From a virus, in the IMG/VR virus record IMGVR_UViG_3300046001_008198, positions 32,001-96,000 of that record: 64,000 bases of DNA. One strand, 5' to 3'. A program made the translations under genes and the position numbers. Positions 20,614 through 29,302 of this stretch are shown here, in pieces (positions within the stretch are counted from its first letter, which is position 1; every line of letters begins with the position of its first letter). The notes beneath the pieces were generated by a model. That model was not told where the DNA came from. It saw nothing but the letters and a program-made list of their open reading frames with translations, and searched no databases.

Positions 20614-21438
20614 TCATTGAGATGGCTTATTGTAGTCTCTGAACCTCCTTCTTGGTTTATAGGTATCAAAATAATTTTTATAGATATTATACTTTCTTTC
20701 TAAACATATTGTATGATTAGAATACATATAATTGTATAATATTAAACTATCTTGAATAGAAAAAGATAATAGGTAAACACCTGTAAATGATAATGTTTTC
20801 TTATGTGTTGGCAGAATAGTTATTAAATCTTTTAAAAATAATTCTGATCCTGAACAAATTTCTGTTTGCAATCGGATCCAATCTTGTGATTTAATATTCC
20901 TACTTACTCTAACACATCCATCACCATCAAAATAACCTCTTACAAAATGACTATATAAAGCATCATTTAATTTTGGTAATCTAATGGTTAATGATTTAGC
21001 TGATGTACAGCCTAGATTTATTAAATCTTGTTTCATTTTTGATGAACAAAGTCTAGCTTTCCATATTACACTTTTGTATTTATTGTGTATTTCTTTGGTT
21101 ATGAAGCCGGTATATTGTAGATCTTTTAAAAATGATTCTATGACTATTTTATCCTTCGATGTTAAGAAAACATTGTTGTTGTTTTTACCTATATTACCAT
21201 CGGCAAATAAGAATCCTAACCAGTAAGCTTTTCTTTCTGTATTTATATTTTCAAAATAATTATCATCACATGTAAATTTTAAAGCAGCTTCGGATGAAGT
21301 TCTTATATGATGATTGTTTCTTTTTAGAATTCTGAATACAGTTTTTCTATCTATACTAATTAGATTTGCTATTTTATCTGCTGATAATTTTTGATCAGTG
21401 TATAAATTTAACACTTGATCTTCTTTTTCTTTTACCAT
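20614..21438 (-). CDS. intron-encoded LAGLIDADG homing endonuclease with N-terminal HTH
   Basis: YWLGFLFADGNI and FVRGYFDGDGCV motifs; enclosed by the CTTCTTG/CAAGAAG stem. Confidence 0.9.
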   Translation of the reverse strand: MVKEKEDQVLNLYTDQKLSADKIANLISIDRKTVFRILKRNNHHIRTSSEAALKFTCDDNYFENINTERKAYWLGFLFADGNIGKNNNNVFLTSKDKIVIESFLKDLQYTGFITKEIHNKYKSVIWKARLCSSKMKQDLINLGCTSAKSLTIRLPKLNDALYSHFVRGYFDGDGCVRVSRNIKSQDWIRLQTEICSGSELFLKDLITILPTHKKTLSFTGVYLLSFSIQDSLILYNYMYSNHTICLERKYNIYKNYFDTYKPRRRFRDYNKPSQ

Positions 21439-21458
21439 TATATGTAATTATATATGTA

Positions 21459-21466
21459 CAAATGTA
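21459..21466 (-). promoter_or_regulatory. Bacteroidota-type -7 promoter box inside the intron, upstream of the homing endonuclease gene
   Basis: TACATTTG matches TAnnTTTG, about 20 nt before ATG 21438. Confidence 0.5.
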
Positions 21467-21665
21467 CCTATTATTTTTAAATTACACAAGAAGTTTGGCT
21501 GCGGATTTCCCATTCGGACATCTTTATCTTTTTTACTATACCTGAGTGATTAATTCAGCCGCATACTATGTTACCATGTATGTTTAGTAGATAAAGCTTT
21601 AGGGGGTCCCCGTCAATTTAAAGCATTTTTACATGTACATCACTATACAAGGAGCCCAGACGTTA

Positions 21666-21892
21666 AGCTCATGGATTAATAATCCTTTCTTATGAGGTTC
21701 AGGTAAACTATCCCAGAAGTCAGGATTGATAAGCAGTTGATAGTTGATTCCATTAAGGCCAACACCTGCTGTTTTAGTTTTTCTTGTTACTTGTTTATTC
21801 AAACTAAGTAATACAAGTCCGTAAAAAGGCTCATCAAATATAAGCTGTTTACAGATTTTAAATACCGAATCTAAAACTTTTTGTTCACTCAT
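21666..21892 (-). CDS. exon 1 of DUF2201-type metallopeptidase-VWA protein
   Basis: EPFYG..LLSL..TAGV..LLINPDFW..GLLIHEL, the DUF2201 N-terminal pattern up to the HExxH motif. Confidence 0.85.
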
Positions 21893-22368
21893 GGTAAATC
21901 ATCTGATTCAATTAAAAATTCTGGGTCTAATGGTTCTGCCGACATAGATATTAAACTTTTCTTTTGAGCTTTAACATCAGGTGTTAACTCTTTTAGAGAT
22001 GCGAATAATACTTTTGTTTGCTCGACATAATAATGTTCTAAGGCATGAACATTGATCGATGATTTATATTTAGCCGTTTTGATAACTAATTTAACCAACT
22101 GTGTAAGATCAATATCCTCATCTGAATTATGGTTTTCATGCAGATTAACTTTCAAATCTTTGAATGCCGCATAGAAAACTTTTATATCATCTTTGTATGT
22201 TGATGCGGAACTTTCTTGTTTTAAACAAAAATCTTTCATCAATAACATTGAAGCTATACAGTTTTTATCTGTTAGTTTGTTAGTAAGAAATAATATAAGC
22301 ATCTTATGATCCGCAGGTGAAGACCCGCTTATGAAACCTAAATGCTTTTCAAATTCTGATTGTGTCAT
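21889..22368 (-). CDS. hypothetical protein
   Basis: Overlapping start/stop with neighbours. Confidence 0.65.
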   Translation of the reverse strand: MTQSEFEKHLGFISGSSPADHKMLILFLTNKLTDKNCIASMLLMKDFCLKQESSASTYKDDIKVFYAAFKDLKVNLHENHNSDEDIDLTQLVKLVIKTAKYKSSINVHALEHYYVEQTKVLFASLKELTPDVKAQKKSLISMSAEPLDPEFLIESDDLP

Positions 22369-23351
22369 TTGTAATATGTATTAAAGGTTGTGGTTAAACT
22401 TTTCAGCATAAACAATCTTGAGTTTGCAACACCGTGTTCTTTCAAACAATCAGCTACATCCTTTTCAATTGTAAAGTTTATACTTTGTAAATCGAATCTT
22501 TCTTTGTAGACAGCAGCACTTTTTAATCCTGCTGCATCGTTATCAAATAAGATTGAGATGAATGGATATTTTGATTTGAAAAATAGCATATCCGCTTCAC
22601 TGAGTATACTGTTTTCACTGTCGGCCGCAATGCATTCCATGCCTGATATCTTTAAGCGTTTGAAGGCTGCAATATCTTTAATGCCGCTTTGTATAAGTAA
22701 CCAAGGAGCTTTGTATTGAAGTTGATCTTTACCTTGGATGTAATCTTTAACCTTAATGTATTTGGTTTTCTTCTCTCCTGGATTATAAATCTTATACAGT
22801 TCTCCTGCAGCAGTAAAGAAACCATAGCATAAAGGCTTATCAAATTGAAAGTACTCTGTATTAACACCGAGTTTCTTTTCAAAGATATACTTTGATAAAG
22901 GTTTTACATTTAAATAATTCAGGATGTCAGATCCTATATGAAACTGTGACCAGTGCTCTTGATCTAAAGTGTTCCAACCTCTAACTTCATGGTGTGTAAT
23001 AGTCCATACAGGTTTTGTAAAAGTGCTTAGTGTATGAGAGTGAATATCAGTATTGCCTTCTTTGTATAGATTAAATATTTTTCTATAGGCTTCCTGCTTA
23101 TCCAGATTGTATAACAGCTGAACCAAATGTACTCCGTCTCCTTTATAACCGCTGCTGAAATCTACAAATTTGTATTTGCCAGCCTCATTTATATAAAGCA
23201 TGAAGGATGGATCAGTGTCTTGAGCATTGAATACAGAGCGGATTTTAATTGTTTGACCTATAAGTTTTTCATTGATTGGTAGAAAGTTTTCGAACACCCA
23301 TTCATTAGGTACAGGAAAATTTTCATGATCGAATTGAAATGTTGAAATCAT
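22365..23351 (-). CDS. DNA primase (TOPRIM)
   Basis: SVFNAQDTDPSF, TOPRIM-like LIQSGIKD and FDNDAAG. Confidence 0.75.
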   Translation of the reverse strand: MISTFQFDHENFPVPNEWVFENFLPINEKLIGQTIKIRSVFNAQDTDPSFMLYINEAGKYKFVDFSSGYKGDGVHLVQLLYNLDKQEAYRKIFNLYKEGNTDIHSHTLSTFTKPVWTITHHEVRGWNTLDQEHWSQFHIGSDILNYLNVKPLSKYIFEKKLGVNTEYFQFDKPLCYGFFTAAGELYKIYNPGEKKTKYIKVKDYIQGKDQLQYKAPWLLIQSGIKDIAAFKRLKISGMECIAADSENSILSEADMLFFKSKYPFISILFDNDAAGLKSAAVYKERFDLQSINFTIEKDVADCLKEHGVANSRLFMLKSLTTTFNTYYK

Positions 23352-23362
23352 ATCTGTAAAAT

Positions 23363-23394
23363 AAAAAAGGGTGAAGTATGTACCTCACCCTTTT
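23363..23394 (-). terminator. intrinsic (bidirectional-type) terminator
   Basis: AAAAAAGGGTGA-loop-TCACCCTTTT. Confidence 0.65.
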
Positions 23395-23411
23395 ATTGTG
23401 ACTAATATTAA

Positions 23412-24206
23412 TTATGCATCTAGCAAATCATCTGCTGCTGAAGGTGCATTATTCTTTTCCCAAGGTAAATCACTTGCGTCTTCATCTTGCATGAATTTTT
23501 CAGCGTTTCCTGGACTAGCTGTTGGGATGTTATCTCCTGTGAATCCTCCTACTGGTTTAGCAGAACTCTTCTCACCTTGGATATGTAATACAGGATCGAA
23601 CCTTTGAACAGGTGTCTCACTTGTATCATTACCAAAAGTTTTGAATCCTTTCTCTGGCTTAGGAAGGAACAACCAGTATTGAGGGTATCCTGCCTCATTA
23701 ATTTGCTTATCTGCAGCAAGACAGAAGTTTAAGAACACATCTTTGAATGCTACTTCAGCATTGAATGCCTCACCTAATGCTTCCCATGTTGGGTAGTTTG
23801 AATCCTTGTCAAACCATTCTTGATTTCCAACAGTTTCCTGAGCGACTCTTCTCAGGAAAGCAATTGTTTGTTCAGCATCAGTCTTAGTGATCATCTCACC
23901 TGACTTCTTGTCTTTGAAAGTGAATGTACTGAAAGGAAAGTCAGATGCTTTGACTGTTCCTACACGACCAAGAAAAGTTCCTTGTGTTGGATCATTCTTA
24001 TCAATTTGAAATCCTTTGAAGTCTCCTCCAATAGGTTCTGTTTCTATACGCAATTTGACTGTTACCTCATTGCGAGTTTTCTTTTCATTGTACTTGGCTG
24101 TAATAGTTACCTCGTTGATCTTCGCTCTTACATTACCCGGGTTGATAGACATACCACCTGTTGATACTTTTTCAACACCTACTCCTTTTGTTCCGATACC
24201 TGACAT
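23412..24206 (-). CDS. putative single-stranded DNA-binding protein
   Basis: Between primase and AAA_24 genes; beta-rich core, flexible acidic C-terminus (DLPW..ADDLLDA). Confidence 0.5.
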   Translation of the reverse strand: MSGIGTKGVGVEKVSTGGMSINPGNVRAKINEVTITAKYNEKKTRNEVTVKLRIETEPIGGDFKGFQIDKNDPTQGTFLGRVGTVKASDFPFSTFTFKDKKSGEMITKTDAEQTIAFLRRVAQETVGNQEWFDKDSNYPTWEALGEAFNAEVAFKDVFLNFCLAADKQINEAGYPQYWLFLPKPEKGFKTFGNDTSETPVQRFDPVLHIQGEKSSAKPVGGFTGDNIPTASPGNAEKFMQDEDASDLPWEKNNAPSAADDLLDA

Positions 24207-24238
24207 GATTTACCTGTATTAAATTGTTATGTTATAAA

Positions 24239-25036
24239 TTACTTAGTCTTTGGGAAAATTTTATCCCAGTGTGTGATAAGTTCATCCTTATCATTATATT
24301 CAGAAATAAGAATATGTTCTTTTTCTAAATCTCTAAAGCGACCACCTGCTGTGGTATCTTCTGATGCATTGAAGTTAATCCAGTTCTGCTTTCCTTTTCT
24401 GTAAAGGTATCCTGCAGCATCTGCATTAAACATTGTTACAAATCTAGTACGCTTACTTAATTGTAAATCGATTTCTGTTTTATCAACTCCATCTTTGCTA
24501 ACTGTATTTGTAACACTGTGAGCAAGAATAATTAACTTTGGCGCACATCTTTCTAGCTTTTTAAGAACAGCTTCAAAGGCATCAGCTACATACTTTTGAC
24601 CTTTTCCGAAAGGAAGATTGGTTAAAGAACCGTATCTAGCTTTCCCAGATTTTGCATGTAATGAACCGTCTTCATTTTGAAGGAACCATTTCTCACCTTC
24701 AGGGGAGTTTGCATAGTTAACTTCTGCTTGCGTCATACACATCTCTTCAAGACTTGAAGCTGTATCAATGGTGATGTATTGATAAGGAGCTTTGCCTGAA
24801 GATTTAATTGCAGCATGAATTGCATCACATACCCCGTCTACATCAGAATACTTTCTGATTTGGATTGCCATTGCAGCTATTGCCAAGGAACCTTTTTCAA
24901 AGTCCAAGATTAAATTGTTGGGCAACTCAGCTACGACAGTTGTTTTACCTGTCTTAGGTCTTGAAAATAATACAAGCCTCGATGGTGATGTGATTTGTGC
25001 TGGTCTTTTTTCTGTAGGAAGATTTATTTCTGCCAT
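24239..25036 (-). CDS. AAA_24 / Sak4-like ATPase
   Basis: SRPKTGKTT, LILDFEKG, ITIDTAS, ILAH, ADAAGYL. Confidence 0.75.
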   Translation of the reverse strand: MAEINLPTEKRPAQITSPSRLVLFSRPKTGKTTVVAELPNNLILDFEKGSLAIAAMAIQIRKYSDVDGVCDAIHAAIKSSGKAPYQYITIDTASSLEEMCMTQAEVNYANSPEGEKWFLQNEDGSLHAKSGKARYGSLTNLPFGKGQKYVADAFEAVLKKLERCAPKLIILAHSVTNTVSKDGVDKTEIDLQLSKRTRFVTMFNADAAGYLYRKGKQNWINFNASEDTTAGGRFRDLEKEHILISEYNDKDELITHWDKIFPKTK

Positions 25037-25037
25037 A

Positions 25038-25580
25038 TTATTTAATTGATTTGGTTACTGCTTCATTGAGCCATGCTTTTTTACTACATGGTACTCGTAG
25101 ATGTATCGCTGCGTAATCACGCAATGACATTTGTTTTGCGGGTCCATCGCTTTCCGGATCTTCAATGAGTCCGAAGTCGTAGACTTCTCCTGATTCCTCA
25201 TCATCATTCATAGGAAGTACAACAATTTCTAAAGCACTGGTCGGGACTACATATCCTAATCCTGTACTGATAGTTCTTGTTTCATACTCCTGTTTGTAAT
25301 GAGGATTATGGGGAAGTTTATATAATGTGTGAGTAGGATCTTCGGATTCATAAGCTCGGTTTACGAACTCTAAATAAATATCCTTTCCTGCCTCACATTC
25401 ACTAGGAAATAAAGTTATGACCTGTCTCTCCTTGTATTGATACACCATCTTAGGTGTGAATACAGGATCCGTGATACCTATTTGCATTAAGCCTGGTATA
25501 TGACGGAGAAGCAGGTCTGCTATCTTTTCCTTGTTTGTTTTTTCTGTGGACCCTTGACTTGGTGGTGTTACACTTACCAT
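25038..25580 (-). CDS. hypothetical protein
   Basis: In the replication operon; ends in a ..SLRDYAAIHLRVP motif. Confidence 0.65.
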   Translation of the reverse strand: MVSVTPPSQGSTEKTNKEKIADLLLRHIPGLMQIGITDPVFTPKMVYQYKERQVITLFPSECEAGKDIYLEFVNRAYESEDPTHTLYKLPHNPHYKQEYETRTISTGLGYVVPTSALEIVVLPMNDDEESGEVYDFGLIEDPESDGPAKQMSLRDYAAIHLRVPCSKKAWLNEAVTKSIK

Positions 25581-25581
25581 G

Positions 25582-26634
25582 TTATGCTGATATTTTTGGT
25601 CCTGGTTTTTGCATTACACCCGGAGTTGTCATTTCTTCAATGGTCATGTGTTCAAATTTAGCTCTAAAGAAACTCATTCGTGTATCGCCTGTTCGAGTCT
25701 TGAGGATGTGTGCTACCAATACGGTATCATCTTCAATAATAAATCCTTCAGGGCCATACACATCGATATGTCTTAGAGCAGGTCTATCCCATACCATTAA
25801 GAAATCCGCGTGTTGTAATAAAGCATCAGCTCCGAAGATGTCCTCATCGTTTGGATAATTTCCATACTTGTTTGGTTCACATCTAGCTGGTGTTGTGATG
25901 CTTCGATTTAATTGAGAAAGAATAACAAAGATAATAGGGTATGCTTTCTTGAGTTCGGTACATACTTCACCTAATTCATTTAACATATCCATTGTTGTTT
26001 GACCTTGACCTTTTCGAAATAAAACCGAGTGGTCAATTGTAACAAGAGTGTTACGGTAAATTACCATATCAATCTCTTGTTCATTCTTTACTCTTTTTTC
26101 GGTACGACATTTAGCTTTCATGTACTCAATGACTTCTTTGCGAAATTCTTTCACAGTCATTTGACGATCTACAATATCGATAGCGAAGTGAGATGCTTTT
26201 ACAGCATGCTCTTGACAGATAGTAAATATCTCATCGCTGAGTACTATTCCTTCTTGTTCAGCACTACATAAATACTTGTAACTTCTTTTTGTTATAGCGG
26301 AGAATTCTCTAATTTTTGAGTTTCTACCAACCATTTCCAAACTGAAATCAAGTACAGTCATGTCGAGGTCTGCATTTTCAGGAGAGAAAGCGTGACGGAC
26401 AATCATATCCTTACTCAAGGTTTTACCTCCACCTGGTCTGGATCCAATGATGTTGATTGAATGGAACTCCCATCCTTTAATACCTGCATCATTGATTTTA
26501 CCCCATGGTGTTTTCATGGTTTGGTTCTTACCTTGCTGTCCTTTCTTTAGATACACTAAAGCTTCTTGATAGTGCTTTGCGTGCGGTTTCCAACTTGGAA
26601 TGTATGTATCTGGTTTTGTAACTTTCTGTGTCAT
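25582..26634 (-). CDS. dnaB: DnaB-like replicative helicase
   Basis: Walker A GSRPGGGKT, FSLEM, IDH, LSQLNR, KTRTG. Confidence 0.88.
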   Translation of the reverse strand: MTQKVTKPDTYIPSWKPHAKHYQEALVYLKKGQQGKNQTMKTPWGKINDAGIKGWEFHSINIIGSRPGGGKTLSKDMIVRHAFSPENADLDMTVLDFSLEMVGRNSKIREFSAITKRSYKYLCSAEQEGIVLSDEIFTICQEHAVKASHFAIDIVDRQMTVKEFRKEVIEYMKAKCRTEKRVKNEQEIDMVIYRNTLVTIDHSVLFRKGQGQTTMDMLNELGEVCTELKKAYPIIFVILSQLNRSITTPARCEPNKYGNYPNDEDIFGADALLQHADFLMVWDRPALRHIDVYGPEGFIIEDDTVLVAHILKTRTGDTRMSFFRAKFEHMTIEEMTTPGVMQKPGPKISA

Positions 26635-27227
26635 ACTACGCGGGTTTTAAATACCTTCTTTTCTTGAGGTATATCTCCTTGATTTAATCGATCACAATAG
26701 TTTGCCAATTCAGAAACAAGCATTTTATTCCTCTCTTTACATATAAAATACATAGCTGTTGCCATGTACATGTATGGTGGAGAAGCTTGTTGATACTCAT
26801 TGATATACATTTGGGTTGCTTTAAGCACAATATCCCAGGAGTAATCGTATTCTGTAAAGAACCATAGCATATTCTTTTCTATGTTCTTTTTATCACCCTT
26901 CGCATACTTTTTACTTGGTAGTATGCCGTCAGGAAATATATTGATAAACTTTTGTAGATTCTCAGTAAATTCTGGAGTAACCTTTGCGCTTTCGACAAGC
27001 TTCTTCTTAGTTGTAAAGAAAGCTTCTATCTTTTTTACCAATGCTATTGTTGTACTACTTAGTACTCCGTGATCGTCAAGTGTTCCTTCAGGAAGAGAAC
27101 TTCTTACTGAGTCAGGTAACTTACTTATATCCTCTGGATGAATGTACAAGTGATGCATTATACTGTATTGGTAAATAGATAGTTTTGCTTTTTTAATAGC
27201 CTCGAAAAAGTATGTTTGTTTTAACAT
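26631..27227 (-). CDS. hypothetical replication-associated protein
   Basis: Directly upstream of dnaB with overlapping codons. Confidence 0.6.
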   Translation of the reverse strand: MLKQTYFFEAIKKAKLSIYQYSIMHHLYIHPEDISKLPDSVRSSLPEGTLDDHGVLSSTTIALVKKIEAFFTTKKKLVESAKVTPEFTENLQKFINIFPDGILPSKKYAKGDKKNIEKNMLWFFTEYDYSWDIVLKATQMYINEYQQASPPYMYMATAMYFICKERNKMLVSELANYCDRLNQGDIPQEKKVFKTRVV

Positions 27228-27252
27228 AAGGGGTTATAAAAATACAACTTTT

Positions 27253-27924
27253 TTACCACTTAATTACATCCCCAGTATTCTTTTTGAGAATAGAGTTGAT
27301 GATGTTAAAAATGTCCATGTCATTCCAATTCTTTTTATCTGGATTCGGAATAAACATTTTATAGTTGTGCTCACTTATAAGAGAACCGAATGCTTCAACT
27401 GCATCACCTACGAACACATAAATAATCCCTGTTTGGTCTTGCATTGATTCAATGATTGCTTTTGTAACAGGTCCCCATAAGATAGCATGGCTGTCAGGTT
27501 TTCCTAATGTACAAGTAGCAGCTACATTGAGCATGAGTACACCTTGCTTTACTAAATATTCAAGATTTGCTTGAGGTAAGTCTTCTGGATCTGTAGGAAA
27601 TGCATCTGCAAAGAATTTTGCATTAGCGTTCTGTACATAACCTGATAGCGCTAACCCGTCTGCTTGTCCTGATCCTTCAAATGGAAGTCCATTAATGAAT
27701 ACAACTCGTACATCATCAGGTGGACATAACATCATAGATTTGAAGATATCTTTCATCGGTGGAGTAAATGTAGCTCCTGATGTAACATCTTCCAACCATT
27801 TTGCAACCAGTGGAGTGAATATTGGATTTTTGATAATCGGTACAAGGATGTTATTCCATGGGGAATTTTCATACTTTTGTACTAACCTCTCAATGAGGTC
27901 TTCTTTACTTAATTGATTTGACAT
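27253..27924 (-). CDS. uracil-DNA glycosylase family-1 homologue with degenerate active site
   Basis: TPP..DIF, DVRVVF, QADGLAL, QGVLMLN, SH..W align to UNG; GQDPY is replaced by NGLPF and HPSPLS by PNP. Confidence 0.8.
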   Translation of the reverse strand: MSNQLSKEDLIERLVQKYENSPWNNILVPIIKNPIFTPLVAKWLEDVTSGATFTPPMKDIFKSMMLCPPDDVRVVFINGLPFEGSGQADGLALSGYVQNANAKFFADAFPTDPEDLPQANLEYLVKQGVLMLNVAATCTLGKPDSHAILWGPVTKAIIESMQDQTGIIYVFVGDAVEAFGSLISEHNYKMFIPNPDKKNWNDMDIFNIINSILKKNTGDVIKW

Positions 27925-28216
27925 GAGTGAAAAAAAGTATAAAGGGATTAAACTTGAATCTCTAATTAACATTAAAATAAGCGGAGCTTTCTATGCTGAT
28001 TTGAAGACTGTACTATTTGAGTATGTCCATGAAGGAGAAACTCAGGAAAGCGTAACTTTAATGCTGAAAAATATTCAGAATAAAACCGTAACAACTTCTA
28101 AAGAAAAGTATTGCTATCTTATAATGGCATTGCTGGCGCAAGTAGAAGCTGATGCGGCTGATCAAGGATTGATCGATGACTTTGTTAAACCTAGCGAAGA
28201 AGATCTCCAAAATTAA
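27923..28216 (+). CDS. hypothetical protein on the opposite strand
   Basis: 97-aa ORF that exactly fills the gap between two minus-strand genes. Confidence 0.55.
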   Translation: MSEKKYKGIKLESLINIKISGAFYADLKTVLFEYVHEGETQESVTLMLKNIQNKTVTTSKEKYCYLIMALLAQVEADAADQGLIDDFVKPSEEDLQN

Positions 28217-28586
28217 TATTTAGGAATACACCGATTTCAATTACGGTTTCAATTACATTACTGAGCTCTTCTTTAGAACAATCTGTAAAGGATCGGTATT
28301 CTCTATTGTTTGCATCGCCTGTGTATAAACCACACTTGTGTTTTAGATCGATTTTAGATGCAGCCATACTTTGACCTTGTTCTTTAGCAATTTCAGCAAG
28401 ACATGCATGAATTTTTGCAATTTGCGCTTTGGTTCCAGTATGCGATCTGATTTCGAATAGGACATCAACTGTTTCATCTTCTTTGAGGGATGCTAGAAAG
28501 AATTTATACTTTTCTTGGCACACCCCATTCTCAACGATTAGCTTTCCATCCTTTTTGTACATTTTAAGACTGAGGGACTGACTCAT
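28191..28586 (-). CDS. NinB/Orf-like recombination protein (tentative)
   Basis: ..T.AQ..KIHA.L.EIA.. pattern and S...SKEE..N.IE tail. Confidence 0.4.
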   Translation of the reverse strand: MSQSLSLKMYKKDGKLIVENGVCQEKYKFFLASLKEDETVDVLFEIRSHTGTKAQIAKIHACLAEIAKEQGQSMAASKIDLKHKCGLYTGDANNREYRSFTDCSKEELSNVIETVIEIGVFLNINFGDLLR

Positions 28587-29157
28587 GGATTTTCTTTATT
28601 AAGAGTGTTGGATTGATTTCGAATTCTTCCCATGGCTTTGATGATAGTAACTCTTCCAATCGGTCGTATCTAAAATCATCTTCATCTTCATCTTCATCGT
28701 CTTCTTTAATTTCAGCTTCGGGGTTTGCAAGATACGCTTTATAACTATCAGTTGTTTTAGTAGCGCTGTATTCTTTGTTATCTAAATCTCTGAATTCAAA
28801 AAGATAATCTGTTGATAATTCGGATTCTTTGGTACAACGATATTCTCCATACATCCACATACCGCTTTCTTCTGCTGAACCTTCGCATGTAAGATTGAAA
28901 CCGTATGCTAAAAGAAATAAATCTTCTATGCTGGGTCCCCATTTACTTTGATAAGTCAGGAGAAGACTATCGCCATCTAAATCAAATTCACACTCAAATA
29001 ATGCTTTTGAATTATCCCCTACTTCAAGAAATGGTAGATAAAATCCTTCATTTTTTTGTAGTGCTATTTGACAAGACTGTTGCATTTTGGCATGTAGAAT
29101 GCTTAGAAGTTGAGGTGCTCCTTTAAATTGTACTGAGTTATAACACCAATTAGCCAT
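28564..29157 (-). CDS. DUF1281/YubB ferredoxin-like family protein
   Basis: MANWCYNSV and YQSKWGP..YGE motifs. Confidence 0.55.
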   Translation of the reverse strand: MANWCYNSVQFKGAPQLLSILHAKMQQSCQIALQKNEGFYLPFLEVGDNSKALFECEFDLDGDSLLLTYQSKWGPSIEDLFLLAYGFNLTCEGSAEESGMWMYGEYRCTKESELSTDYLFEFRDLDNKEYSATKTTDSYKAYLANPEAEIKEDDEDEDEDDFRYDRLEELLSSKPWEEFEINPTLLIKKIHESVPQS

Positions 29158-29302
29158 CTTTAATAGTTTTAAATGTGTATGCTTGTTTTATTTCAACCTT
29201 GAGTTTAGCTCGCGTGATTGCTGTGTACAACCATCGGGCTTTATTCCAAGCATCGCTTAGCCAATCGGCATTAATGTAGACATGATCCCATTCCTGACCT
29301 TG
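29150..29302 (-). CDS. exon 2 of RecD/Dda-like SF1B helicase (not in the ORF track)
   Basis: Translates QGQEWDHVYINADWLSDAWNKARWLYTAITRAK..; completes motif V HKA|QG and motif VI. Confidence 0.92.
   Translation of the reverse strand, partial: QGQEWDHVYINADWLSDAWNKARWLYTAITRAKLKVEIKQAYTFKTIKDG

Larger units (their letters stand above)
20566..21665 (-). mobile_element. group I intron (1100 nt) with LAGLIDADG homing endonuclease
   Basis: P AATTGACGGGGA, Q AATCCGCAGCC, R TCAGAGACTAC, S AAGGTATAGTCC. 5' exon ends in U and pairs with IGS GGGCTC (U.G at the splice site); terminal G at 20566; splicing restores the frame. Confidence 0.92.

Noticed and set aside
21629-21665. C-terminus NVWAPCIVMYM of ORF 21629-21892
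   Set aside because: Read-through into intron sequence; the true product splices at 21666
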